A DNA stretch of 64,000 nucleotides from Cytophagales bacterium (GCA_965267505.1 OZ254081.1:1510401-1574400); one strand, 5' to 3'; positions 27,813 through 37,217 are shown, numbered from the stretch's first letter. Numbers and translations: made by a program. The notes: generated from the letters alone by a model not told the origin.

Positions 27813-29541
27813 AGATCTCTTTTCAATAATTGGCCTGGCCCTGGTTGGGGCAGGCTTTTTGTTTTTCAATTCTCTTTTCCTTTGGGGCGATTATTCAGCA
27901 GAAAGGGCTGAAGAAAGTCTAAATGACAAAACTCTTTCCCTTAAATCTCTTTGGCCAACAGGTGCCTACTCGAATCCGGTTTCTTTCTCAAAAGCCATAA
28001 ATGATTTTGCGGCAACGGTAAATGACAAGGCTTGGGATGAGGGGGTCTTTTCAGATCAGGAGTTAGATGAGATCATGGCTTCCTGGAAAAATGAATCTGG
28101 TTATAAAATATCGCTTTCCGGCCTTTCGGAGATGGGGCTGGCCGAGGACAAGGTGAAGGGCTTCATTGATTATGGCTCTTGGCTTGATGGAAAAGAATAT
28201 TCAGACCAGCAATCATTATACAATGACCTTAACCTGGTGAGAAAAAATTACTATCAATACAGTTTGTTGCCTTCTAAGGGCTTTGATAAATATCAACTAC
28301 AAAACCTTAAGGTCACTTGGGCTCGGGCTGCTCACAATGGTCCGCAAGAACAAATGCCTTTACTGATCCTGCTTCTGGCATTAGGGCTTCCTGTTTTGGG
28401 CGGTAGCTTGATGTTTCTCGGCAAAAAGGATGATTCAAAAAAACCAAAGCCCGGGCCTTTTCATTTGGCTATTTCCTATCGAGGGATCTCCGGGGTCTTA
28501 CTTGGGGCCTATCTTATCATCTTTTATGTGGTCCTCTATTTTATTCCAGAGTATTTAAATGGGCAGATATTGCTGGTGGATCCCATTTCCATATTCCTTT
28601 CCGGAAACACCGCTGGACAGTTCTTCCTTTATGGCCTTCTTTATACCCTGGTGGTTTTGGTAATGGGGTTGAGGATGCTAAAAAAATACAGGCATGTCCC
28701 ATACCAAAGGGTTAGAACCCTTTCTGTAATGTTTTTCCAACTATGCTTTGCATTTATCCTTCCGGAAATTCTTGTCGGACTCAATCAACCTTATTTTGAT
28801 TTCAAAAACATCTTTCCTCTTGACTACGATTTCTTTTTTGAGTCGAACATTAGCAGCCTGATTTCAAGTGGAAAGTTTGGCATATTCATGTTCGTCTGGG
28901 GAATCGCATTATTCGTCGTAGCTGTTCCTCTATTTACCTATCTCTATGGAAAGCGTTGGTATTGTTCCTGGGTGTGTGGCTGTGGCGGCTTGGCGGAAAC
29001 CGCGGGCGATCCCTTTCGCCAGCTTTCGGACAAGTCACTTAAGGCGTGGAGAGTGGAAAGGATCACCGTTCATTCTGTGTTGATTTTTTCTCTTGTTATG
29101 ACCGGGCTCGTCCTGTATACGTTTTTCACTGGCAATTCTCGCCTGGGCTTTTTGGACTCCTTCCAGGTTAGAGAAGTATACGGGGCCTGGATAGGAGCTG
29201 GCTTTGCGGGAGTTGTTGGGACGGGTTTTTACCCCTTGATGGGTAATCGGGTTTGGTGCCGATATGGTTGTCCGTTGGCTGCATACCTCGGCTTGGTGCA
29301 AAGAATTAAATCCAGATTTCGGATCACAACCAATGGCGGGCAGTGTATATCCTGTGGAAATTGCTCTACTTATTGTGAAATGGGAATAGATGTGCGATGG
29401 TATGCGCAGCGAGGTCAAAACATCGTAAGATCTTCTTGTGTTGGTTGTGGAATTTGCTCTGCCGTTTGCCCAAGGGGGGTTCTTAAACTTGAAAACGGGC
29501 CTGAAAAGGGAAGAATTGAGGGGGAAGGCCTGCTCGGATAA
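27799..29541 (+). CDS. Polytopic membrane 4Fe-4S polyferredoxin (NapH/COG0348-like) with ~190-aa N-terminal extracytoplasmic domain
   Basis: Multiple TM helices. Motifs RWYCSWVCGCGGLAE, VWCRYGCPLAA, CISCGNCSTYCEMGID and CVGCGICSAVCPRGV. Overlaps the upstream oxidoreductase gene. The ORF-track start is 27775; ATG 27799 (MKTNKDLF) is equally possible. Confidence 0.8.
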   Translation: MKTNKDLFSIIGLALVGAGFLFFNSLFLWGDYSAERAEESLNDKTLSLKSLWPTGAYSNPVSFSKAINDFAATVNDKAWDEGVFSDQELDEIMASWKNESGYKISLSGLSEMGLAEDKVKGFIDYGSWLDGKEYSDQQSLYNDLNLVRKNYYQYSLLPSKGFDKYQLQNLKVTWARAAHNGPQEQMPLLILLLALGLPVLGGSLMFLGKKDDSKKPKPGPFHLAISYRGISGVLLGAYLIIFYVVLYFIPEYLNGQILLVDPISIFLSGNTAGQFFLYGLLYTLVVLVMGLRMLKKYRHVPYQRVRTLSVMFFQLCFAFILPEILVGLNQPYFDFKNIFPLDYDFFFESNISSLISSGKFGIFMFVWGIALFVVAVPLFTYLYGKRWYCSWVCGCGGLAETAGDPFRQLSDKSLKAWRVERITVHSVLIFSLVMTGLVLYTFFTGNSRLGFLDSFQVREVYGAWIGAGFAGVVGTGFYPLMGNRVWCRYGCPLAAYLGLVQRIKSRFRITTNGGQCISCGNCSTYCEMGIDVRWYAQRGQNIVRSSCVGCGICSAVCPRGVLKLENGPEKGRIEGEGLLG

Positions 29542-29542
29542 A

Positions 29543-30253
29543 TTACTTTTTTGCTATAGCGATGGTTGCCACCGATATCTTGGCGGCTCCTTCTTTTAAC
29601 AATTCGTTTGAGCAAGCCTCAATAGTGGATCCAGTTGTAAGAACATCGTCCACAATAAGCAGGTGCTTCCCTTTTACCTTGTAGCCATCTTTTATTTTAA
29701 AAGCGGAGGAGACGTTTAGCCACCTTTCAATTTTGTTCTTTCTCGTTTGGGTTTCGGTGTTGGTTTTTCTGGATAAACAAGAGAAGACCGAAATCCCTGA
29801 CCTTAATGCCAGACCACTTCCGAAATGATCAGCTTGGTTATAGCCGCGACTAAGTTGTTTTTTGGGGTGTAATGGGACGGGCACAACATTGTCTACAGCA
29901 AAAAGCCTGATCAGGCTTTTTAATTCTGTGCCAGCGAGCTCTCCAAAGTATTCTGCCAGCTGTGGCCTATTTCTATACTTGATATTGTTCATGGCTCTTT
30001 GAACCTTTCCCCCTCGCTTAAATTCGAATAGCGCAGCACCAAACCCCAAGGGCATTCTGCTCATAAGTTTGTTTTCCATCTCATTTCCACGGAATAAGGC
30101 ATGGTTTGTTCTGGGAAAAGAAAATTGACAACTGGTGCAGACATGGTTCTCTCCCCTTATCAAGGGTCGCCCGCATGACCCACAGTTGATGGGATAAAAA
30201 AGATTCAAAAAATCTATCGCCGCTCCTAGCATTTGGCTATAGTTTATTAGCAC
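29543..30253 (-). CDS. ComF-family phosphoribosyltransferase-domain protein
   Basis: N-terminal zinc-finger-like CGSCGRP...HVCTSC and C-terminal PRTase motif LLIVDDVLTTGSTI. Confidence 0.8.
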   Translation of the reverse strand: MLINYSQMLGAAIDFLNLFYPINCGSCGRPLIRGENHVCTSCQFSFPRTNHALFRGNEMENKLMSRMPLGFGAALFEFKRGGKVQRAMNNIKYRNRPQLAEYFGELAGTELKSLIRLFAVDNVVPVPLHPKKQLSRGYNQADHFGSGLALRSGISVFSCLSRKTNTETQTRKNKIERWLNVSSAFKIKDGYKVKGKHLLIVDDVLTTGSTIEACSNELLKEGAAKISVATIAIAKK

Positions 30254-30408
30254 GTTAAAAACCTCTTTTTACTAGGGTCTATTTAGACATATTGAGGTGG
30301 TTTGCTTGCGCGGGTTTTACGGAATGTGTTTTTCTCCTAGTTCTTAGTCTATTTGGGTTTGTGAGCAGATTTTCTGAAACAAGGATGAAAAATTGGCGAA
30401 TTGAAGCC

Positions 30409-30416
30409 TAAATTTG
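30409..30416 (+). promoter_or_regulatory. Candidate -7 box (TAnnTTTG) upstream of xth
   Basis: TAAATTTG lies 34 nt upstream of ATG 30451, inside the 197-bp divergent comF/xth spacer. Confidence 0.3.
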
Positions 30417-30450
30417 ATTTTCTCGTAATTGAACTAGAATATTCTCCAAA

Positions 30451-31227
30451 ATGAAGCTGATCAGCTATAATGTTAATGGAATAAGGGCCGCCCTAAAAAA
30501 GGGGTTGTGGGATTGGACCAAGGCTACCGCTCCGGATGTGCTCTGTCTTCAAGAGACAAAAGCACACAGGGGCCAGGTGCTCGAAGAGATTGGGTTGTTC
30601 GAAAGCCTTGGTTATGAAGTGTTTTGGCATGAGGCCGTGAAGAAGGGTTATTCCGGTGTGGCCATCCTGAGCAAACAGAAGCCGAGGCGTGTGGAAATCG
30701 GTTGCGGAATACCCGTTTATGATGAAGAGGGGCGAGTGATTCGAGCTGATTATGATGATTTTTCGATTATTTGTGTTTATATGCCATCTGGCTCATCCGG
30801 CGATGTTCGTCAGGATTTCAAGTTTCAATGGTTGGAAGATTTTTACACATACATAGTACAGCTCAAGAAAGAAATTCCCCGTCTGGTTATTTCAGGAGAT
30901 TACAACATCTGCCACAAACCAATAGATATCCATAATCCCAAGTCAAACGCCAACAGCTCTGGTTTTCTTCCTGAAGAAAGGGAGTGGATGACCAAATTTA
31001 TTGATATGGGCTTCATTGATACTTTCCGACATTTCAACCCAGAACCTCATAATTATTCCTGGTGGAGTTATAGGATGAAGGCTCGCGAAAGGAATCTGGG
31101 CTGGCGAATCGACTATCATATGGCGACCAAGGAATTGGAAAAAAACCTGAAGAGCGCGAAAATCCTTCCACAGGCCCATCATTCAGATCATTGCCCCGTA
31201 GTTTTGGAATTAGATCTCAAATCATAA
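30451..31227 (+). CDS. xth: Exodeoxyribonuclease III
   Basis: MKLISYNVNGIRAA, LCLQETK, SGDYNICH, WRIDY and SDHCPV are ExoIII/EEP catalytic motifs. Confidence 0.9.
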   Translation: MKLISYNVNGIRAALKKGLWDWTKATAPDVLCLQETKAHRGQVLEEIGLFESLGYEVFWHEAVKKGYSGVAILSKQKPRRVEIGCGIPVYDEEGRVIRADYDDFSIICVYMPSGSSGDVRQDFKFQWLEDFYTYIVQLKKEIPRLVISGDYNICHKPIDIHNPKSNANSSGFLPEEREWMTKFIDMGFIDTFRHFNPEPHNYSWWSYRMKARERNLGWRIDYHMATKELEKNLKSAKILPQAHHSDHCPVVLELDLKS

Positions 31228-31254
31228 ATTTGATGTTCACTATTCCAAAGAAGG

Positions 31255-33003
31255 ATGAATAATCAGGCCTATTGGCTCCTCTATGTCTTAATTTTCTTTT
31301 CTTGCTCAACGCCGGAATCTAAGGATTCTGAAACCTCTCTTGTCTCCGAAAATCTGAGACCAGAAGCAAGATCGGAGGGTCTTTTCAGACTAAATGAGTC
31401 GGAAAGGCCCGGAAATCTTTTTCCACCAAGTATTTGTGATGTCATAAGCTCCAGAACCTCTCAATTGGTCTACGAGGGTTTGTTCCGTTTGGACCCGGAA
31501 AATTTAGAGCCCGTCCCCTCTTTGGTAGAAACCTGGTCTTTCAACGAAGAAACCTTTCTGTTTACAGTTGATCTTAAGGAAGGTGTTAAGTTTCATGATG
31601 ATAACTGTTTTCCTGGTGCCGTCGGTCGAGAGCTAACCGCTGCAGATGTTGAGTTTTGCTTCCAGCACCTGCTCACGCCTTCTAAATGGAATGTTGCCCA
31701 GCCCATGTTCATGCCCTTGTTCGTGGGGGCAGAAGAATTTGCCCAAAACCAGATAGATGGATCATATCAGGGTGATTTTGAGGGGATTAGGCTGTTGAGC
31801 AAATATCAATTGCAGTTCAAAATTCGGGTAAATGAAGACCGATTCATTTCAATGCTTTCAAGACCCGAGGCTGCCATTTATCCCAAGGAAGCCTTGGATG
31901 CCTACGGTTTCAATATGAAATCAAAAATGGTTGGAACGGGTCCGTTTGTCTTGGTGGATGGCTCCGAAGCTGGTATGTCTTTTAAAAGAAACTCGAATTA
32001 CTATGAAATCGATTCAGATGGCCAATCCTTGCCATACCTCAAGGGAATTAAGATCTTTTTCATTTCTGACAAAAAAGAAGAAATGGAGCTCTTTAAAAAT
32101 GGGGAGTTAGACATGGTTTATTCCTTGCCTCACAACTTGGTCAATGAGGTTCTGGAGGATCGATATTCCAAGGGCCGGTCAGGATATAGTCATTTCCAAC
32201 TGCAAAGGATGCCGGAACTTTCAACTGAGATCCTGGGCATGGACTTGGAAAGCCCAATATTTTCAAACCGTAATTTTAGAAAGGCCATTGCCTATGCGGT
32301 AGATCGCAACAAGTTGGTTGATAGGGTTCTTAAGGGCCAGGCTTTTGGAGCTGGAAATGCCGGCTTTGTTCCCCCTGGGCTTCCAAAACATCAATACTCT
32401 AAAATAAGGGGGTATTCCTATAGTGTAGATTCTGCTCGAGTGTTTATGCAGCTTTCTGGGCTTGGTGCGGATGAGCTTTCCGGTTTAACTCTTCACCTTG
32501 CTTCAAGAGGAAACTTTAATGTTTCTATTGCTCAATCCATTAAAAACGACTTGAAAAATGCTTTAAGCATCGACCTCAACATTCAAATCCACACTCTACA
32601 AGATCTGCTTGCGGGGATACAAAGTGGGGAGTATTCCTTTTACAGAATTGGCTGGTCAGCAGACTATCCTTCGATCGAAGAATTCCTTTCTGTGTTCGAA
32701 AGCAAGGTTTCGAGTTCAAAAACGAACAAAAAAGAATTTCCCAACGTTGCTGCATACAATAACAAAAACTATAATAATTGGTTAAAAACCGCCAGGGAAA
32801 GCAGTATTGACAGCATAAAGTGGGGTGCCTACAAAAGGGCGGAACAAATTTTGATGGAAGATTGTGCCTCGGTGGTTTTGTGGTATGATGAGGGATACAG
32901 ACTTTTACAACCCGGTATCATGGGCTTAAAAATGAATGCTCTTCAATATCGGGATTTCAGGTCCGTTAAGTTTATTAAGCCCCAGACCTTAAAAGCAAAA
33001 TAG
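31255..33003 (+). CDS. Family-5 (peptide/nickel-type) ABC substrate-binding-like lipoprotein, orphan
   Basis: Lipobox IFFSC. Family-5 SBP length and blocks (ETWSFNEE...FTVDLKEGVKFHD, GTGPFVL, RIGWSADYPS). No permease or ATPase genes are adjacent. Confidence 0.75.
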   Translation: MNNQAYWLLYVLIFFSCSTPESKDSETSLVSENLRPEARSEGLFRLNESERPGNLFPPSICDVISSRTSQLVYEGLFRLDPENLEPVPSLVETWSFNEETFLFTVDLKEGVKFHDDNCFPGAVGRELTAADVEFCFQHLLTPSKWNVAQPMFMPLFVGAEEFAQNQIDGSYQGDFEGIRLLSKYQLQFKIRVNEDRFISMLSRPEAAIYPKEALDAYGFNMKSKMVGTGPFVLVDGSEAGMSFKRNSNYYEIDSDGQSLPYLKGIKIFFISDKKEEMELFKNGELDMVYSLPHNLVNEVLEDRYSKGRSGYSHFQLQRMPELSTEILGMDLESPIFSNRNFRKAIAYAVDRNKLVDRVLKGQAFGAGNAGFVPPGLPKHQYSKIRGYSYSVDSARVFMQLSGLGADELSGLTLHLASRGNFNVSIAQSIKNDLKNALSIDLNIQIHTLQDLLAGIQSGEYSFYRIGWSADYPSIEEFLSVFESKVSSSKTNKKEFPNVAAYNNKNYNNWLKTARESSIDSIKWGAYKRAEQILMEDCASVVLWYDEGYRLLQPGIMGLKMNALQYRDFRSVKFIKPQTLKAK

Positions 33004-33006
33004 GCA

Positions 33007-36000
33007 ATGACAGCCTTTCAGGAGGTAAAACATAAAGTAGACAGCTATAAGAAGAAGCTATTTCTAACACAGGCCCTAAAAGGGTTTTTGTTTTCGGCTA
33101 CCTTCTTTACTGCTAGCCTTATCTTAATTCTCGTTTTAGAGCATTATTTCTGGTTTGGGCAGTTGGCACGAGCTGTGGCTTTCTTTGCCTTCCTTTTCTC
33201 AAACATCTACTTTTTTGTTTTTCGGGTAGTTCTTCCGGTTTTAAGATGGCTTAATATTTATAGGCCAATGGGCAACCTTGAGGCGGCAAGACAATTGGGT
33301 GAAAATCATTCAGATGTTGGAGATAGCCTCATTAACACCTTGCAGATCGGGGAGAAATTTAGTGGCTCTGGTTCTGCACTGGCCTTGGCCGCGGTAGAGC
33401 AAAAATCAAAAGGGCTGGTTGCTCTGGATTTCAACACGGCAATTTCTTTTCGGGGCCAAAAAAGGATGGCGGCTCTGTTTTCATTTCCATTCAGCCTTCT
33501 TCTGTTCCTGGTGTTTTTTCAGGGGTCTCTAATTTCAAGCAGCTCAGAAAGGCTGATCAACTTTAATAAGGAATATCTCCCGCCAGCTCCCTTTGAGTTT
33601 GTGCCAAATAATTTGCCCGATTATGCATTTAGAAATGAAGACCTGAGTCTCTCCCTGAGCTTTAGGGGTAAAGAGGTTCCTTCCGAGGCTTTTGTTCAAA
33701 TAAATGGTGTCCGAAGAAAAATGATCAGGTCGGGGCCTACTGATTATTCATTGGGTTTAAAGAGGGTAAAATCCGATCTGGATATTCGGTTTGAAGGAAA
33801 TGGCTTTTACTCAAAAAAAATACTCATTCCCATACACGACAGGCCTATTGCTTCAAACATAAAGGCCAAGATTGACTATCCAGGGTATACGGGAAGGCCC
33901 GACAAACTTATTTCCTCGATGGGTCATTTAAAGGTTCCGGAGGGTTCCAAAATTTCATGGGAATTCCAAACAAAACACACAGAGGAATTAAACCTGTTGG
34001 GTTATGACTCAATTCCGATAAACTTCAAGCCCGAAAAGGGGCGTGGGGAAATCGAAAGATCTTTCTCGGCATCAAAAAACCTTGAATTTCTTCTTATTAA
34101 TGAGTTCGGAAAAAATAAAGATGCTCTTCTCACACAGGTTGACGTGATCAAAGACCTCCATCCCAAGATCGAGCTTTCAAGTGCGGCTGATTCCACATTG
34201 TTTGAATTTGTTGTTTTGGCTGGCGAGATCCTGGATGATTATGGCTTCTCTTCGCTTGAGGTTAGATATTCACTTAAGGATGAAAAAGGTGCTGTTGTTT
34301 CTAGCGGAAAAAGACCAATCACATTCAATAGAAAACTAAGAGATCAAAACTACTTTTTAAGGTGGGACTTTAAGGAAATCCAATTGAAGCCTGGTCAAAA
34401 ATTGGAGTATTATACTCTCGTAAGAGATAATGATGGGGTGAATGGTCCTAAATCCAGCAGATCTCAGGCCCAGTCTTTAATGATCCCATCCAAAGATGAT
34501 CTGATCAACCAATTGGACCAACAAAAAAATTCCTTCAAAAGCTCTAGTTCTTCCTCCAAGGAGTCCCTAAAAGAACTGCAAAACGAGATCAAGGAATTTC
34601 AGGATGAAACAAGAAACAAAAAAGAACTTGACTGGCAGGACCAAAAAAGGCTCGAGGACATTCTTGAAAAGCATAAGAAAATGGAGGAGGAGCTAGAACA
34701 ACTCAAAGAAGACCTTGAGAAGATCCGGCCTCAGGAAGAAAAGTATTTGGATCAAAGCGAAAAGCTTAAAGAGAAGACAGAACAGCTTGAAAAGTTGATG
34801 GAGGAAGTGTTAGACGAGGAGACCAAGAAACTAATGGAAGAGCTTCAAAAGCTTCTAAACAAAAACAACGACAACGCCAGACTTCAGGAAAAGCTATCCC
34901 AACTGGAAAGAAAGGATTCTCAGTATGAAAAAGAGCTCGATCGGGCTCTTGAGCTTTTCAAGCAATTACAGGTGGATCAAAAACTTGAACAAACCATCCA
35001 GGATCTAAACGAACTGGCTGAAGAACAAGATCAGCTTGCGAAAGAAACACAGGAAAAAAACAAACCAAACGACCAACTGTCTGAAGATCAGGAAGATATA
35101 AACGAATCCTTCGATAAACTTAAGGAAGAATATTCTGAGTTAGAGAAGCTTGATGAAGAGCTGGAAAGCCCGAAAGGCCTTGAGGATCAGGAGTTTGGAG
35201 AACAAATGGAGCAACTTGACCAACAAATGGAGCAGTCCAAAGAAATGCTGGATCAGGGAAAAAATAAAAAAGCGGGGGAAAACCAGAAATCAAATTCTGA
35301 TCAAATGAAAAAGCTTGCCGAAAGCCTGATGGATTTTCAACAAAGCTCTGAGGATGAGGCCTTGCAAGAAGACCTAAATAGCCTAAGGGCTCTATTGGAG
35401 AATTTGCTTCGCTTTTCTTTTGAGCAGGAAAGAATAATGACCGAGGTTCGAAAGGTAAAAAGGGACGACCCGCGATACATTGACCTTAGCCAGGACCAAT
35501 TAAAACTTCAAAGAGACGCAGAGATCATCGAAGACAGTCTTTACGCTTTGGCCTCAAGAATATTTCAAATCGAGTCTTTCGTGACAAAGGAAATTGAGGA
35601 AATGAATTACCAAATGGATGAGAGTATCCGATTCATCAGAGAGCGAAGAGCGGGTAAGGCTACTATAAAGCAACAATTTGTAATGACATCCGTAAACAAC
35701 TTAGCTCTAATGCTGGACAACGTTTTGAAGCAACTCCAGGAACAAATGGCAAGTCAGATGGCAGGAGACCAAATGTGCTCTAAGCCAAATGGTCAAAAAC
35801 CATCCCAAAGCATGTCTCAATTACAAAAACAATTGAATCAAAGTATTAGGGAGCTAAAAAAGGGCGGCAAGGAAGGAAGGCAATTATCTGAAGAACTATC
35901 CCGCCTAGCACAACAACAGGAAATGATCCGTGAATCTCTTGAGCAGCTTGGTGAGGGGGGAAATCAGATTGACAAAGATCTTCAGAAAGAACTTAGAGAC

Positions 36001-36330
36001 CTGGCTCAATTAATGGAAGAAACGGAGAAAGACCTGGTTCATAAAAGACTAACTAACGAATTGATTGAGCGGCAGGCCGAAATTGAAACCAGGCTGCTTG
36101 AATCCGAAAAAGCAGATCGTGAAAGAGAGCAAAAAGAGGAGAGGGAGTCGGAGATCGCCGGAGAGTTTGAAAGAAAAACCCCTCCCGCTTTAGAGGATTA
36201 TATAAAATCACGTGAGTCCCAGATTGAATTGCTAAAAACTATCAATCCGTCATTAAATCCTTATTTTAAGGACAAGGTTAATCAGTATTTTGAAAAATTG
36301 AACATTGAAACTGAGCCAAGATCCAACTAA
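33007..36330 (+). CDS. Giant membrane-anchored coiled-coil protein (DUF4175-like)
   Basis: 1107 aa. N-terminal TM hairpins (FLFSATFFTASLILILVL, VAFFAFLFSNIYFFVF), a beta-rich middle, and about 550 aa of E/K/Q/L-rich heptad-like sequence. The DUF4175 assignment is from memory of size and architecture. Confidence 0.6.
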   Translation: MTAFQEVKHKVDSYKKKLFLTQALKGFLFSATFFTASLILILVLEHYFWFGQLARAVAFFAFLFSNIYFFVFRVVLPVLRWLNIYRPMGNLEAARQLGENHSDVGDSLINTLQIGEKFSGSGSALALAAVEQKSKGLVALDFNTAISFRGQKRMAALFSFPFSLLLFLVFFQGSLISSSSERLINFNKEYLPPAPFEFVPNNLPDYAFRNEDLSLSLSFRGKEVPSEAFVQINGVRRKMIRSGPTDYSLGLKRVKSDLDIRFEGNGFYSKKILIPIHDRPIASNIKAKIDYPGYTGRPDKLISSMGHLKVPEGSKISWEFQTKHTEELNLLGYDSIPINFKPEKGRGEIERSFSASKNLEFLLINEFGKNKDALLTQVDVIKDLHPKIELSSAADSTLFEFVVLAGEILDDYGFSSLEVRYSLKDEKGAVVSSGKRPITFNRKLRDQNYFLRWDFKEIQLKPGQKLEYYTLVRDNDGVNGPKSSRSQAQSLMIPSKDDLINQLDQQKNSFKSSSSSSKESLKELQNEIKEFQDETRNKKELDWQDQKRLEDILEKHKKMEEELEQLKEDLEKIRPQEEKYLDQSEKLKEKTEQLEKLMEEVLDEETKKLMEELQKLLNKNNDNARLQEKLSQLERKDSQYEKELDRALELFKQLQVDQKLEQTIQDLNELAEEQDQLAKETQEKNKPNDQLSEDQEDINESFDKLKEEYSELEKLDEELESPKGLEDQEFGEQMEQLDQQMEQSKEMLDQGKNKKAGENQKSNSDQMKKLAESLMDFQQSSEDEALQEDLNSLRALLENLLRFSFEQERIMTEVRKVKRDDPRYIDLSQDQLKLQRDAEIIEDSLYALASRIFQIESFVTKEIEEMNYQMDESIRFIRERRAGKATIKQQFVMTSVNNLALMLDNVLKQLQEQMASQMAGDQMCSKPNGQKPSQSMSQLQKQLNQSIRELKKGGKEGRQLSEELSRLAQQQEMIRESLEQLGEGGNQIDKDLQKELRDLAQLMEETEKDLVHKRLTNELIERQAEIETRLLESEKADREREQKEERESEIAGEFERKTPPALEDYIKSRESQIELLKTINPSLNPYFKDKVNQYFEKLNIETEPRSN

Positions 36331-36340
36331 GAAACAGGGA

Positions 36341-36745
36341 ATGGGCAATTTTTACATTGAGATCCCCTCTATCCTCGAAAATATACGGGTGGTTGAAAGT
36401 TTTATCGATAATGCCCGTGACCAGCTCCACATTTCCGATGAGATCTATGGAAACATTGTCATTTCGCTTACTGAGGCGGTAAACAATGCTATTGCCCACG
36501 GGAACAAGATGAATAAGGACCTATTCGTGAAGATCTCTTTGAACCACGAAGAACAAAGCTTAAAATTCAAGGTTCAGGATGAGGGCCCAGGCTTTGATCA
36601 GGCAAGCCTCCCAGATCCAACCTCTCCTGAAAACATTGAAAAAGAAACCGGTAGGGGCATTTTTCTAATGAAACACCTGTGTGATGAGGTAAATTATGTG
36701 GAGCCGGGAAATGCGGTGGAACTGGTGTTTTACCTAAATGGCTGA
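36341..36745 (+). CDS. RsbW/SpoIIAB-like GHKL ATP-binding protein (anti-sigma-type serine kinase fold)
   Basis: LTEAVNNAIAHGN (N box), FKVQDEGPGFD (G1 box DxGxG) and GRGIFLMKHLCDEV (G2). ATG 36341 is preferred over the ORF-track start 36305, which lies inside the upstream gene. Confidence 0.7.
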   Translation: MGNFYIEIPSILENIRVVESFIDNARDQLHISDEIYGNIVISLTEAVNNAIAHGNKMNKDLFVKISLNHEEQSLKFKVQDEGPGFDQASLPDPTSPENIEKETGRGIFLMKHLCDEVNYVEPGNAVELVFYLNG

Positions 36746-37169
36746 TACGCCAATCAATATTTTTGATGAAGAGGGGTTGTTTGATTACCCAAATGTTTCG
36801 GGGCTAAACACCTGGGTTGTCTCTTGTGCATCAAATGAAGGCTTCAAGCCCGTAGCCATAAACCTGATTTTTTGCTCCGATGAGAGACTCCTTGAGATCA
36901 ATAAGGAGTATTTGGATCATGATTTTTATACGGACATTATCACTTTTGATCAAAGCGAAACCCCAAACTCCCTTGAAGGAGACTTGTTTATTAGCATAGA
37001 AAGGGTGGAGGAAAACTCAGCCAAAAGCAACTCCGCTTTTATTGATGAGCTTGACCGGGTAATAATACATGGATTGCTTCATCTAATGGGATATTCAGAC
37101 AAGACGGACGAACAGGTAAAGGAAATGCGGGAAAAAGAAGATGCCTGCTTAATTTTGAGGCACACTTAG
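36738..37169 (+). CDS. ybeY: rRNA maturation endoribonuclease YbeY
   Basis: HGLLHLMGYSD zinc-binding motif (H..LH..GY.H-type). Size 143 aa. 8-nt overlap with the upstream gene. Confidence 0.9.
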   Translation: MADTPINIFDEEGLFDYPNVSGLNTWVVSCASNEGFKPVAINLIFCSDERLLEINKEYLDHDFYTDIITFDQSETPNSLEGDLFISIERVEENSAKSNSAFIDELDRVIIHGLLHLMGYSDKTDEQVKEMREKEDACLILRHT

Positions 37170-37195
37170 GTTCCACGTGGAACCTTTTGGTTTTT
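37169..37195 (+). terminator. Perfect 16-bp palindrome plus T-tract: intrinsic terminator of ybeY (palindrome copy 1)
   Basis: GGTTCCACGTGGAACC (37169..37184), immediately followed by TTTTGGTTTTT. It starts at the last base of the ybeY stop codon. Confidence 0.6.
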
Positions 37196-37209
37196 GTTCC
37201 ACGTGGAAC
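37196..37209. promoter_or_regulatory. Second copy of palindrome GTTCCACGTGGAAC, 8 nt upstream of the mnmG ATG
   Basis: Exact 14-bp palindrome identical to the core of copy 1. Centres are 26 bp apart. No T-tract follows it. Confidence 0.4.
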
Positions 37210-37217
37210 ATTGAAGC

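Noticed and set aside
30254-30450. 197-bp comF/xth divergent spacer, examined for a small RNA gene
   Set aside because: There is no recognisable SRP, 6S, RNase P or tmRNA core sequence and no strong structure. It is most simply two divergent promoters.
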